NCBI GenBank assembly: GCA_036339375.1
Contig: JAYZBC010000078.1
Coordinates: 2,167 to 66,166, forward strand
Length of the DNA stretch: 64,000 nt
Source of the DNA: Pseudomonadota bacterium
GTDB taxonomy: Bacteria > Pseudomonadota > Alphaproteobacteria > MPNO01 > UBA2964
Reading direction: 5' to 3'
The notes under the pieces were generated by a model. That model saw nothing but the letters and a program-made list of their open reading frames with translations, was not told the DNA's origin and searched no databases. The position numbers were made by a program, and so were the translations under genes. The stretch's first letter is position 1, and the number at the start of each line of letters is the position of its first letter. Positions 1-9,919 of this stretch are shown here, piece after piece.

Positions 1-1
1 G

Positions 2-922
2 ACCGCTCTCCTTACAGGCCGAACTCCGCCAAACGATCACCGTTCAGTTCTCAAACGTTTCGAAGAATTGGTTAATGAAGGCCACCACCTTTTTCCACAG
101 GTTGCATGCCGTCCCCTTCAACATGATTTGTCCTTTTCATCTCCCTATGATTTTGAGCGTAGATTGCCACTTTTTAATCAAGTCTCAGGCACTAATCACA
201 AAACAAAAAAAGAGATATATGCCAATCATGATTTTCGGAATGAATTCCGTAAACTAATGACACATGGTGGTAGTGGGGAACCGGAAATTATTTTTCTACA
301 ACAAGCGTTCGAGCAAATTTCTATCCAATCATGTAAGCAAGAACCAAGCCTTGAAGGGCGCAAGCTGAGTGATATTGCAAAAGAACGTAAATTACACCCG
401 GTTGATTTAGCATTAGATCTCGCAATCGAAACAAACTTGGAAATTCTTTTTTTAATGCCTTTAGCTAATAATGATGAAGATCAGGTTGAAGAGGTGCTTA
501 AAGATCCAAATACCGTTCTTGCTCTTTCAGATGCAGGAGCCCATATGAGCCAACTATGTGATGCTTGCTACTCAACAACCTTACTTGGCCACTGGGTCCG
601 GGAAAAAGCTGCGTTAACCCTTGAAGCCGCAGTGCATATGCTAACATCACGTCCCGCCCAAGTAATGGGAATAACTGATCGGGGGCGGCTGGAAGAAGGG
701 TTGGCTGCTGACCTTGTAATCTTTGATCCAGCCAGAGTGGGAACTACGAGCCCAAAAAGGGTTTACGATTTGCCCGGAGGTGCGGATCGCTTAATTGTCC
801 ATGAATTGGGTGTAGATGCGGTTATCGTCAACGGGACCTTAGTAAGACAAAATGGCAAAGACGTTGTCAAAAGAAATAAAAATTTACCTGGTAGATTGTT
901 GAGAAACGGTAAAGCCGCTTAA
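2..922 (+). CDS. Amidohydrolase, C-terminal part (D-aminoacylase / N-acyl-D-amino-acid deacylase-like); 5' end lies outside the window
   Basis: The reading frame is open from the window edge, so the CDS is partial. The C-terminal region has the ADLVIFDP...VNG pattern typical of the amidohydrolase_3/D-aminoacylase C-terminus. Confidence 0.55.
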   Translation, partial: TALLTGRTPPNDHRSVLKRFEELVNEGHHLFPQVACRPLQHDLSFSSPYDFERRLPLFNQVSGTNHKTKKEIYANHDFRNEFRKLMTHGGSGEPEIIFLQQAFEQISIQSCKQEPSLEGRKLSDIAKERKLHPVDLALDLAIETNLEILFLMPLANNDEDQVEEVLKDPNTVLALSDAGAHMSQLCDACYSTTLLGHWVREKAALTLEAAVHMLTSRPAQVMGITDRGRLEEGLAADLVIFDPARVGTTSPKRVYDLPGGADRLIVHELGVDAVIVNGTLVRQNGKDVVKRNKNLPGRLLRNGKAA

Positions 923-975
923 CCACAGCATAAATATTTCAGTCAAAGCCTTGCCCGTTTATCATTTAAAAAAAG

Positions 976-1062
976 TGGTGCCCGCTCCCGGACTCGAACC
1001 GGGACGACCTTTCGATCAACGGATTTTAAGTCCGTTGCGTCTACCAATTCCGCCAAGCGGGC
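976..1062 (-). tRNA. tRNA-Leu (anticodon TAA)
   Basis: The reverse complement reads GCCCGCTTGGCGGAATTGGTAGACGC...ACGGACTTAAAATCCGT...GGTTCGAGTCCGGGAGCGGGCACCA. It has a 7-bp acceptor stem, a TAA anticodon in a 7-nt loop, a long variable arm, a GGTTCGAGTCC T-arm and an encoded 3' CCA. Confidence 0.9.
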
Positions 1063-1182
1063 ACGATGTAGACCAAATAGCGCTGAAACCTATTCTGAAT
1101 GGTTAAAATTCGCAAGAAATCGGTGATACTAAAGATGTTAAAACCCTTAAAACTGTTTTCCTAATCATTCAACTTTGCGTAA

Positions 1183-2442
1183 TTAGTACTTTTCATAACC
1201 CTCTAGTGCAGCTGCTACTGTATGTCTACGGCGTAACATCCAAAAATAAACAATCAGGCAGATTATTCCTCCGCAGGCAACAGAAATTTGAATTCCGAGT
1301 AATTCTGCTGCAGCGCCCATAAAAAGTGCACCTAGAGCCGGAGCTCCCCGGTGAATTACGCCGTATAATGCCATAACCCGCCCACGCATAACACCATCCA
1401 CAGAATGTTGCATTAGGGTTTGTGTAGCCGTTCCACCATAAATACCGGCCATCCCTAAAATAAAAATGCTGAAAATAGCAAGAGGATACCAAGAGGTAGA
1501 GACAAAAGAAAAAATACCACTTCCAGATACAAGCAATGCCAAAATTGTTAATTTCGTTAAACCCTTTACGTGACCTCGGCGTGCAAGGTAAATTGCGGCT
1601 AACAGCCCACCCAACCCGGAGGCCGCTGTCAACTCTCCAAGCCCTGCTGCACCTCTATCAAAAATTTTATCTGCAAACTCGGGTAAAAGTTCAAGCAAGG
1701 ATTTACCACCGAGTGCCATGGCCGTTAACAAAATCAACCCAGGCCCAATTCCTTTGTGCTGAAAGGCATATTTCAGGCCGTCCACTGATTGCGCGAAAAA
1801 GCTAATTCCTTTTTTTGGCTTTTCTTCACTTCGAACGGGACGAATTATGCATAATGAAGTTATAAAGAATGTAAACGTAACCGCGTTAAATAAAAAAGCC
1901 ACACCAACGTTCCAAGTTTCAATGATTAAGGCACCGACAATTGGCCCCACCACTCTTGCCAAATTATATATCGCAGAACTAAGGGCTACAGCAGGAGGAA
2001 TAAAATGGTGCTCAACCAAATTTGGTACCATCGATAAGCGAGCAGCAGTGTTTAGTGCTCCAGCTAACCCAAGGAAGAATGTCCATCCAATTAGCCACCA
2101 GATATCTCCGTGGTTTAACAATTTTCCTGCAAGATACATCCACCCCAGTATAAAGGCTTGCAACATACCCATCGTTTGGCTGAAAATCGCTAAATAGCGG
2201 CGGTCATATGTGTCCGCCAAAACGCCAGCAAAAGGGGTCAAAAACAGCGTTGGTATGAGATCTGCAAATGCAATCATCCCCACCCAAAAGCTTGAATTTG
2301 TGAGTTCCCAAGCAAGCCAGTAAACAGCTAATCTATGCGCCCACAGCCCAAACAAGGAAATGGTGCCACCAGCTGTGTAAATAGCATAATTTCGTTGTTT
2401 TAAGACACTCAGAATGCCAACTCTTGAACCAGTTCTCACCAT
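1183..2442 (-). CDS. MFS transporter, MFS_3/EntS-like family (paralog 1 of 3 in tandem)
   Basis: A 419-aa polytopic membrane protein. The conserved N-terminus (RNYAIY..LFGLWAHRLAVYWLAWELTNS) and G-rich TM helices place it in the EntS/transmembrane-secretion-effector MFS family. Confidence 0.75.
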   Translation of the reverse strand: MVRTGSRVGILSVLKQRNYAIYTAGGTISLFGLWAHRLAVYWLAWELTNSSFWVGMIAFADLIPTLFLTPFAGVLADTYDRRYLAIFSQTMGMLQAFILGWMYLAGKLLNHGDIWWLIGWTFFLGLAGALNTAARLSMVPNLVEHHFIPPAVALSSAIYNLARVVGPIVGALIIETWNVGVAFLFNAVTFTFFITSLCIIRPVRSEEKPKKGISFFAQSVDGLKYAFQHKGIGPGLILLTAMALGGKSLLELLPEFADKIFDRGAAGLGELTAASGLGGLLAAIYLARRGHVKGLTKLTILALLVSGSGIFSFVSTSWYPLAIFSIFILGMAGIYGGTATQTLMQHSVDGVMRGRVMALYGVIHRGAPALGALFMGAAAELLGIQISVACGGIICLIVYFWMLRRRHTVAAALEGYEKY

Positions 2443-2514
2443 AAAAATTCAGCAGTTTAATATGCCGCTCACATCAAGTTTTTTGACGGGTACAACTTAG
2501 TGAAAACGACGAAT

Positions 2515-3786
2515 TTATCTTTCTTCATTTGTTGCAACATTTATTGTTTGGGTATTTTCTAACGCTGAAATCATTTTATTCCTGTGTCGAAATATCCAGA
2601 TAAAAACGCTTAAACAAATAATACCTCCTACGGATAGAGATACCTGAAATCCAACCAATTCAGCAATAGAACCCATTGCCAGGGCACCAAGTGCCGGACC
2701 TCCTCTATAAATCATACCATAAAGGCTCATGACACGTCCCCGCATGGCTCCATCTACTGCATTCTGCATTAAAGTTTGAGTGCCTGTACCACCTATTACA
2801 GCAACCCCACCAATAAAAAATGAAAACACTAAACCAAGATAGTAAATTTCGGTGAGATTAAAAATAAATACACTGAATGCTCCTACCAATAGTGAAAAAA
2901 TCACTATTCGTGTTAGGCCAGCGGGTGTTCCACGTTGAGCCAACCAAACCGCTGCAATGGTTGCACCCACAGCAGAAGCAGCCATCAATCCTCCTAAACC
3001 CGTTGGCCCTAATTTAAAAACCTCGCCTGTTACGCCAGGCAGAAGTTCCAAAACGGGTTTCAAACCAACTGCCAAACCAATTATCAAAATCAAAATTGGG
3101 CCAATTCCGGGATGTTTAGTAGCATAACGAATTCCCACACCCGCTTGTTTAAAGACGTTTCCTGCCATTTCTTTCCCCCGCTCATCGCGGATCATGCGAG
3201 CTTTACACAAACAAGCTAAAAATATTAAGAAAGTGAAGCCATTAATTAAAAATGTAATACCAACACCAAATGAAGCTATTAAATAACCCGCAAACATCGG
3301 CCCAATAAATCTGGCGAGATTAAAAATTGCGGAATCCATTGCCACGCCTGAAGGCACATGCTTGCGTTCCATTAAATTGGGAACCAACGACAAACGAGCA
3401 GCTGTGTTAAAAGCCCATACAATGCCAATAAATAAGGTAAGAAATACTAAGGCCCAAATGTCTAAAAGATCTGCAAAAGCCAAGCCTGCTAGAGCGAAAG
3501 CCTGCAACATCCCAAGGAATAGTGTCGCAAACATCATAGAATGCCGGTTAACCCGATCCGCAACCACACCAGCGATTGGAGTTAAAATAACGGTCGGAAA
3601 TAGATCAGCAAAAGCAACCACACCCAACCAAAAACCTGAATTGGTCAACTCCCAGGTCAACCAACCAATGGTAAGACGCTGGCCCCAAATGCCTATTAGG
3701 CCTAATCCGCCTCCCCAAAAATACCAAGCGAAATTGCGCTGACGGAGTGCATCTGTAATGGCTTCTATATTGGTGACGCGGCTCAA
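2515..3786 (-). CDS. MFS transporter, MFS_3/EntS-like family (paralog 2)
   Basis: A 423-aa protein, roughly 45% identical by eye to its neighbours, with the same WELTNSxFWxGxxAFADLxPT motif. Confidence 0.75.
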   Translation of the reverse strand: MSRVTNIEAITDALRQRNFAWYFWGGGLGLIGIWGQRLTIGWLTWELTNSGFWLGVVAFADLFPTVILTPIAGVVADRVNRHSMMFATLFLGMLQAFALAGLAFADLLDIWALVFLTLFIGIVWAFNTAARLSLVPNLMERKHVPSGVAMDSAIFNLARFIGPMFAGYLIASFGVGITFLINGFTFLIFLACLCKARMIRDERGKEMAGNVFKQAGVGIRYATKHPGIGPILILIIGLAVGLKPVLELLPGVTGEVFKLGPTGLGGLMAASAVGATIAAVWLAQRGTPAGLTRIVIFSLLVGAFSVFIFNLTEIYYLGLVFSFFIGGVAVIGGTGTQTLMQNAVDGAMRGRVMSLYGMIYRGGPALGALAMGSIAELVGFQVSLSVGGIICLSVFIWIFRHRNKMISALENTQTINVATNEER

Positions 3787-3852
3787 TTTAAAACAAATTT
3801 TTATAAAAAAAAGGGTAACTTAAACGGATTTTCAATCCATCCATCGTTGCCT

Positions 3853-5094
3853 CTAATTGCGACCTGTTTCAAGCGCTTGGGAAATTTTCATACGGCGTGG
3901 ATATATCCAAACAGCCGCTCCTAAACAGAAAATTATCGCAATCCCGATCATTGCAATAGAAAGACCAACGCCTTCAGCAATAGCGCCAACCACCAAAGCA
4001 CCTATAGCAGGTGCACCGCGATGGAGCATGCCATAAAGGCTCATCACCCTCCCCCGTAAATGCCCTTCGACCGCTGTTTGCATCAATGTTTGTACCCCTG
4101 TACCCGTCAAAGTTATAGAAGTTCCCACAATAAAGGAACCGATTAGACCTAACCAAAGGAAATTGGAAAAACACATAATCAAAATTCCAAAAGGTCCGAC
4201 AAATAATGCCGATAAGGTGATGCGTGTTAAGCCTTCTGAACGACCCCGCACCGCTAAAAAAACAGCACAAGTAATAGCGCCAAATCCCGCTGCAGCAGCA
4301 AGCCAGGCAAACCCATGGACATCGCTTTTGAATACATCCTCCGCAAAAGCAGGCAACATTTCTAGGAAAGGTTTGACGCCAATTGCCAGTGCAGTCAGGA
4401 CCACCAAAAGGGGTCCAATGCCGGGATGCTTAGCGGCATAACGCATGCCCTCAAGTGATTGTAAAAAAACGCCACCAGTTCGGCCACTAGTTTCGTGGCG
4501 GACTAACCTCATTTTAAAGAGACAAAATAAAAAAATTACATAAGTAACACAGTTAAAAACAAAAGCGCCTCCGATATTAATTTCTGCAATAAGCCAAGCG
4601 GCTATTACGGGTCCCAATACGCGTGCCGAATTATAAATAGCTGCGTCACTTGCGAGAGCAGATGGAACAAACTGAGGTTCTAGAAGATTAGGCACCAATG
4701 CAAGTCGTGCCGCAGTATTGTAGGCGAGAGCCACACCCAAAAAGACTGTAAGGCCTAAAAGGGACCAAATTTCTATAATTCCTATAAGGGTAAGGGTAGC
4801 TAAAACAATGGCTTGGAATGCGGCCGCTAATTGACTATAAATTGACAATTTACGACGATCAACACGATCAGCAATCACTCCAGCTAAAGGTGTGATAATA
4901 ACTGTAGGAAACAAATCGGCAAATGCGATGAGACCGAGCCAAAAGTAAGAACCGGTCAACTTCCAGGCGAGCCACGCTACCGCAATGCGCTGGGCCCATA
5001 CGCCAAAAAGAGAAATCGCAGCGCCGCTCATATACCAAGCGAAGTTTCGCTGTTTCCAAGTTTCAATGACACCGTCAAATGTGGTGAAAGCCAA
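3853..5094 (-). CDS. MFS transporter, MFS_3/EntS-like family (paralog 3)
   Basis: A 413-aa protein with the same motif set as the two upstream paralogs. Confidence 0.75.
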   Translation of the reverse strand: MAFTTFDGVIETWKQRNFAWYMSGAAISLFGVWAQRIAVAWLAWKLTGSYFWLGLIAFADLFPTVIITPLAGVIADRVDRRKLSIYSQLAAAFQAIVLATLTLIGIIEIWSLLGLTVFLGVALAYNTAARLALVPNLLEPQFVPSALASDAAIYNSARVLGPVIAAWLIAEINIGGAFVFNCVTYVIFLFCLFKMRLVRHETSGRTGGVFLQSLEGMRYAAKHPGIGPLLVVLTALAIGVKPFLEMLPAFAEDVFKSDVHGFAWLAAAAGFGAITCAVFLAVRGRSEGLTRITLSALFVGPFGILIMCFSNFLWLGLIGSFIVGTSITLTGTGVQTLMQTAVEGHLRGRVMSLYGMLHRGAPAIGALVVGAIAEGVGLSIAMIGIAIIFCLGAAVWIYPRRMKISQALETGRN

Positions 5095-5179
5095 AGTTTC
5101 TTTTACCTTTCACTTTAAAATTTTGTATAAATAAAATTTAGATTTTTATTTCTAACGAAATAATTTGATTTCATAGTTT

Positions 5180-5980
5180 TTAGGCATCGCCGGGTTCTGC
5201 GGAAGCCTGGGCGGTGTTAGGATCTTCGTCTCTTGGATTACCTCCAAGATCAAGCAGGGCCTGCATAATTTCAGCATGGGCTTTATCTAATTGTCCGTCT
5301 TCACGCCCACGTATTACGACAGACACTCGAAAACCAACCTCATGACGCATTTGCGGGTAACTACCAATATCTAATTCGGGATACTTATTTTGGATTGTCT
5401 CTAAAGCATCAGCAATAGTTCCTTCTCCAAGATCAATCGCTAAACCCCGAGAATTTACCTTACTACCCCCTGTCAGATAGCCTTTGGCCTCTTCAAACAT
5501 TACTCTCATTACTCTCGGAACCCCCGCCATTACAAATACATTTTCCATACAGTAGCCAGGAGCGGCACTAATACTGTTTGGCAAAAGAGTTGAACCTTTT
5601 GGGAAAGTCGCCATCCGCAAACGTGCTTCATTCATAACCTCTCCACGCTCTTCCACTCTCTTAGTCATTAAAGCAGCTGTTTCCGGGTCTCGAACCATAG
5701 GCACTCCGAATGCTTCTGCAACACACTCTGATGTTATATCGTCATGCGTTGGTCCTATACCTCCGGTTGTGAAAACGTAATCGTAATCCTGACGACATTT
5801 ATTTAGGTATTTAACAATAATTTCCTTTTCATCTGGTATTACATGTGCCCTGGCCAGTTGAATTCCTAATTCATTCAATTCTTTTGCTATGTAGGATAGA
5901 TTTTTGTCTTGGGTTCGTCCTGAAAGCAATTCATTTCCAATAAGAATCAAACATGCGTTGACTGTTTTGTGCTGAGTCAT
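5180..5980 (-). CDS. CinA-like molybdopterin-binding (MoCF/MogA-type) domain protein; no C-terminal CinA deamidase domain
   Basis: Has the LIGNELLSGRTQDKN...TTGGIGPTHDD motif of the CinA N-terminal domain. The 266-aa length matches the short standalone form. Confidence 0.7.
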   Translation of the reverse strand: MTQHKTVNACLILIGNELLSGRTQDKNLSYIAKELNELGIQLARAHVIPDEKEIIVKYLNKCRQDYDYVFTTGGIGPTHDDITSECVAEAFGVPMVRDPETAALMTKRVEERGEVMNEARLRMATFPKGSTLLPNSISAAPGYCMENVFVMAGVPRVMRVMFEEAKGYLTGGSKVNSRGLAIDLGEGTIADALETIQNKYPELDIGSYPQMRHEVGFRVSVVIRGREDGQLDKAHAEIMQALLDLGGNPRDEDPNTAQASAEPGDA

Positions 5981-6263
5981 TGTGTATTCATTGTCCTTGA
6001 TTACAGACTGTATAGCTTACCCAGAGGAGAGGTGCACCCCTAGGAAATAAGAAATCCATAAAATTTTTAGAAATTAAAATTTCAAAATCATTTCCGGAAA
6101 ATGTAGCCACATAAAACAAAAAAGAAAATTTGGATAAAAAAATTTAATATAATTAGTATTCTTTTGTTTCATTAAAATTTACAGAGTTTTCCTTGCCGTC
6201 TATTGCAATACATGCGATTGAACGTAAAAATTTGGAAAACATTTGTAAGTCGAAACATCAAAA

Positions 6264-7073
6264 GTGCTCGAAGGCAGAGAAGTGGATACATCTCATATAA
6301 CAATTCACAAGCCCGAAGATTTTGAATCTATGCGGCGAGCAGGGCGCTTAGCTGCAGAAGTATTGGACTATATTACGCCAAAAGTGCTGCCTGGTGTCAC
6401 AACTGGTGAACTGGATCAATTGTGCCACAATTTTATCATTTCGAATGAGGCAATTCCATCCCCCCTAAATTATCGTGGTTTTCCCAAATCTATATGTACC
6501 TCCATAAATCACGTTGTCTGCCATGGAATCCCTGGGGACAAAATCCTCCGCTCAGGTGATATTGTAAATATTGATATAACTGTCACGCTAGATGGATGGC
6601 ATGGCGACACAAGCAGGATGTTTCCGATAGGCCAAGTGGGTATAAAGGCCAAACGTTTAATGGACGTAACTTATGAAGCGTTAATGCGTGGAATAGAAGT
6701 AACTAAACCCGGCGCAACCGTTGGTGATATTGGCCACACGATTCAGACTTTTGTTGAAAAACAAAGATTTTCTGTCGTCCGAGATTTTTGCGGTCACGGT
6801 TTGGGGAGGGTTTTTCACGCTGCCCCTAGCATTCTTCATTATGGAACACCGGGTGAAGGTCCTGAGTTGCGGGAAGGAATGTTTTTCACTATTGAACCAA
6901 TGATCAACTCAGGACGTTATGAAACTAAAATTCTTGCTGATGGCTGGACAGCTGTCACCAAGGATCGTTCACTTTCCGCCCAGTTTGAACATTCTATTGG
7001 CGTGACTGCAGACGGATACGAAATTTTCACAACCTCTCCTGCTGGTTTAGACCACCCACCTTATCACCCCTAA
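6264..7073 (+). CDS. map: Methionine aminopeptidase type I
   Basis: Contains the MRRAGRLAAEVL motif, the FPKSICTSINHVVCHGIP motif and the conserved metal ligands D, D, H, E, E. The predicted start is a GTG, so the exact start is uncertain. Confidence 0.85.
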   Translation: MLEGREVDTSHITIHKPEDFESMRRAGRLAAEVLDYITPKVLPGVTTGELDQLCHNFIISNEAIPSPLNYRGFPKSICTSINHVVCHGIPGDKILRSGDIVNIDITVTLDGWHGDTSRMFPIGQVGIKAKRLMDVTYEALMRGIEVTKPGATVGDIGHTIQTFVEKQRFSVVRDFCGHGLGRVFHAAPSILHYGTPGEGPELREGMFFTIEPMINSGRYETKILADGWTAVTKDRSLSAQFEHSIGVTADGYEIFTTSPAGLDHPPYHP

Positions 7074-7204
7074 TCAATTTTCAATCAACAAATCGAAAGA
7101 AAAACAGATTATGTTATGCGAAGACCGCTGTCCACGATATGAATTCCATAGAAAAAAAGGGGAGATGAACAAATTACGGCGCCAAAAGGACAGGGTTGTT
7201 AGAA

Positions 7205-7861
7205 TTAATTTATAGCCCCAAAAAAAGCCTTAAAAGCCTCCAAACCACCTCTCCAAGTCATTGAAACTGCGACATAAAAGATTAGTACAAGACCAAAATA
7301 CCCTATCCAATGATGTCTTTTTAAAAGCTTAGCAATTAAAGTTGCTCCAATTCCCATTAGAACAACTGATAAAGCTAAGCCAATGACTAAAGCAGTCATG
7401 TGATTGTTCGCAGCGCCCGCCACCGCCAAAACATTATCCAAAGACATCGAAATATCTGCAATTGCAACTTGAATGATGGCCGAGGCAAGGGTTTTACGAG
7501 GTAAATCTTTTTCTTCATCCTTGTCTACGACCGCGTCAGGGTTCGTTACTTTAGCGGACTTGGTATTGGCCAAAGCATTTTGTCTTAAATCACGATACAG
7601 CTTCCAACTCACCCAAAGTAATAACAATCCGCCGACAAACATAAGACCAACAATATTGAGGAGTTCCAAGGTAACGACAGCGAATGCAATACGTGCCATC
7701 ACCGCTAGGGCAATACCGTAAAATATTACTTTTTTCCGGTATTCGGGTTGAACGCTAGCGGCTGCCATTCCAACCACAATTGCATTATCTCCAGCAAGTA
7801 CCAAATCTATGAAGATGACTTGAATTATTGCAATAAATTCTGAATAGGAAATTTCAAACAT
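7205..7861 (-). CDS. TerC family integral membrane protein
   Basis: Shows TerC hallmarks: DLVLAGDNAIVVGMAAAS and a second DNVLAV repeat. Confidence 0.75.
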   Translation of the reverse strand: MFEISYSEFIAIIQVIFIDLVLAGDNAIVVGMAAASVQPEYRKKVIFYGIALAVMARIAFAVVTLELLNIVGLMFVGGLLLLWVSWKLYRDLRQNALANTKSAKVTNPDAVVDKDEEKDLPRKTLASAIIQVAIADISMSLDNVLAVAGAANNHMTALVIGLALSVVLMGIGATLIAKLLKRHHWIGYFGLVLIFYVAVSMTWRGGLEAFKAFFGAIN

Positions 7862-8128
7862 TATTTTGGCCGTTATAAGCGGCTAAATTTGTAAAACACA
7901 ACAAGGCCTCTAAAGAAGAATTCTTTAAGATTCTATAGTTAACGTTAGTATAAGTTGTTCCCGCTAAAATATAAAACTTTTGATAAAAGCAATAGCACCT
8001 CCAATTTTCTTAAAAAACCTCCCTTTATGAGCAGGGGATACCTGTGTATACGATTATGGCCCAAAACTAAAATTGTAGCCCGAGTAATTTGACAAAAAGA
8101 TTGAACAAAATCCCAATTTAGGTTTTAA

Positions 8129-8734
8129 ATGCCAAGTGAAAACTGGAAAAAATATTATAAGAAAACCGGAGAACGGCCACCTCGAAAAACCCTTTTAAGG
8201 GCTATAAAAAATTTCGACGGGGAAAGTTCACTCGAAATACATCAAAAACGCGCCTTAGATTTAGGCTGTGGAAATGGTCGCGACACTGTCGAGTTACTTC
8301 GACGGGGTTGGGAGGTGATCGCGGTTGACGCTGAAATCAATGCCATAGATGGCTTACAAAAACGGAAAGAAATTACAAAAAATTGTAAATTAAGTACGAT
8401 CAACGCTCGCTTCGAACAAATTGAACTCCCTGAAGTAGATCTAATTAATTCCAGTTTTTCTTTACCCCTCGTTCCCCCTGCAATTTTTCCTGACCTATGG
8501 GACCGCTTGTTAGCAGCTGTTCGAACGGATGGACGGATCAGCTGCCAATTATACGGAAATCGCGACAGCTGGGTGGGTGATCCGACAATAACATTTCTTA
8601 CAAAAAGCGCTGTGGATATTTTGTTACAATCTATGGAAATTGAATATTTTCACGAGGAAGATGATGAAAGTGTCACGCCAAGAGGTGTGAAAAAGCACTG
8701 GCATATATTCCATATTGTCGCAAAAAAACCGTAA
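8129..8734 (+). CDS. SAM-dependent methyltransferase, TPMT/TehB-like
   Basis: The LDLGCGNGRD motif is a class I SAM-binding motif I. The ~200-aa size and layout match thiopurine/tellurite methyltransferases. Confidence 0.6.
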   Translation: MPSENWKKYYKKTGERPPRKTLLRAIKNFDGESSLEIHQKRALDLGCGNGRDTVELLRRGWEVIAVDAEINAIDGLQKRKEITKNCKLSTINARFEQIELPEVDLINSSFSLPLVPPAIFPDLWDRLLAAVRTDGRISCQLYGNRDSWVGDPTITFLTKSAVDILLQSMEIEYFHEEDDESVTPRGVKKHWHIFHIVAKKP

Positions 8735-8744
8735 AACAGAATTT

Positions 8745-9722
8745 TTAAAAAAAATCGGGCAACGCACCTGCTAAATTTTTCCGGATTCGCTCCCGAACAG
8801 GATCAGTATTTTTTGGTTTCCCAAAAGGCTCACCCGTTACTTGTTCGAACAAAGCAATATATTTTTTGCTGAACTCTAAAAGAGTGGCTACCGGTATTTC
8901 TGGAATGGGGTCTTTATAGGGATCACATTGTTTAGAAACCCAAAGGCGAAGGAATTCTTTGTCTAGGCTCTCCGGTTCCTCTCCACTGGAGTGACGTTGT
9001 TTATAGCTTGAGGTTAACCAGTAGCGACTTGAATCGGGGGTGTGAATTTCATCAGCAAGTGTAATTAATCCTTCTTCGTCAACGCCAAATTCGTACTTAG
9101 TATCAACGAGAATTAAACCGTTTTTCGCAGAAATTTCACGTCCACGAGCAAATAGATTTAAACTAATTTGGGCGAGTTCAGACCATTGATTTTGTGATAG
9201 AAGGCCTTGACTTACCACTTCTTCCGGCGTGATTGGCAAATCATGAGCTCCCTCCAAACCCTTGGTTGTCGGGGTTAAAATAGTATTCGATAACTTCTGA
9301 TTTTTAACCAGCCCATCGGGGAATTCAATGCCATAAAGAGTACGATCACCACGTTCATACATTTGCCATATACTCGTTTCGGTTGACCCCGTAATATAAT
9401 CCCGAACTACCATTTCAACCGGCAGCATTGAAAGGTTTTTAGCAATTATAACATTTGGATCTGGGTAGCTTATAACGTGGTTGGCACAAATATCGGTTGT
9501 CTTATCAAACCAAAAACGAGCAGTTTCATTGAGGACTTGGCCTTTATAAGGCACAGAGGCAAGCACCTGGTCAAATGCAGATTGTCTATCTGTTGCAATC
9601 ATCACCCGGCGCCCATCAGGCAAGCTATAAGAATCTCTAACCTTGCCCTTTTCAAAATTAGGTAACTCTGAAAACTGAGTATCCGTTAAACAAATATCTT
9701 CGAAATCAGTGTTAGTTTGCAT
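8745..9722 (-). CDS. purC: Phosphoribosylaminoimidazole-succinocarboxamide synthase (long form)
   Basis: SAICAR synthetase motifs (GKVRD.Y, ILVDTKYEFG). At 325 aa it is the long-form enzyme. Confidence 0.85.
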   Translation of the reverse strand: MQTNTDFEDICLTDTQFSELPNFEKGKVRDSYSLPDGRRVMIATDRQSAFDQVLASVPYKGQVLNETARFWFDKTTDICANHVISYPDPNVIIAKNLSMLPVEMVVRDYITGSTETSIWQMYERGDRTLYGIEFPDGLVKNQKLSNTILTPTTKGLEGAHDLPITPEEVVSQGLLSQNQWSELAQISLNLFARGREISAKNGLILVDTKYEFGVDEEGLITLADEIHTPDSSRYWLTSSYKQRHSSGEEPESLDKEFLRLWVSKQCDPYKDPIPEIPVATLLEFSKKYIALFEQVTGEPFGKPKNTDPVRERIRKNLAGALPDFF

Positions 9723-9754
9723 CGTATTCTTTCTTTTCCAATAATTGTTAGTTT

Positions 9755-9768
9755 AGGGTTTTAACCCT
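9755..9768. promoter_or_regulatory. 14-bp perfect palindrome AGGGTTTTAACCCT between divergent purC and the hydrolase array
   Basis: Read directly. A related AAACCCTGTGG motif recurs about 60 bp downstream. Confidence 0.3.
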
Positions 9769-9919
9769 GTTTTGTGACTACTTTATTGTTTTAATTATGA
9801 ATCTGAAACGCAAAATTGGGAAAACCCTGTGGAAAATCACTCTTTACGTTCCAGATAGTTCCATTTTAATCGTTTTTGTTTGATAATTAGCTAAATATCA
9901 TTTTTGTGGGAGAAAATTT

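Noticed and set aside
75-257. 60-aa ORF overlapping the 5' end of the first amidohydrolase frame
   Set aside because: It is in an alternative frame of a partial CDS that continues from upstream of the window. This is a spurious call.
3362-3742. 126-aa ORF antisense to MFS paralog 2, and similar 60-170-aa ORFs antisense to the MFS, ALDH, FAD-dehydrogenase and Rieske genes
   Set aside because: All of them are embedded on the opposite strand of long, confidently identified genes. Their compositions (Arg/Pro/Ser-rich, low complexity) are typical of antisense frames of membrane or GC-skewed codons. None has an RBS or a recognisable family.
5981-6263. 283-bp AT-rich spacer between the cinA-like gene and map, considered as a possible ncRNA or mobile remnant
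   Set aside because: It is a divergent promoter region with no dyad symmetry, no repeats and no structure-like GC segments. It is consistent with plain promoter DNA in an AT-rich genome.
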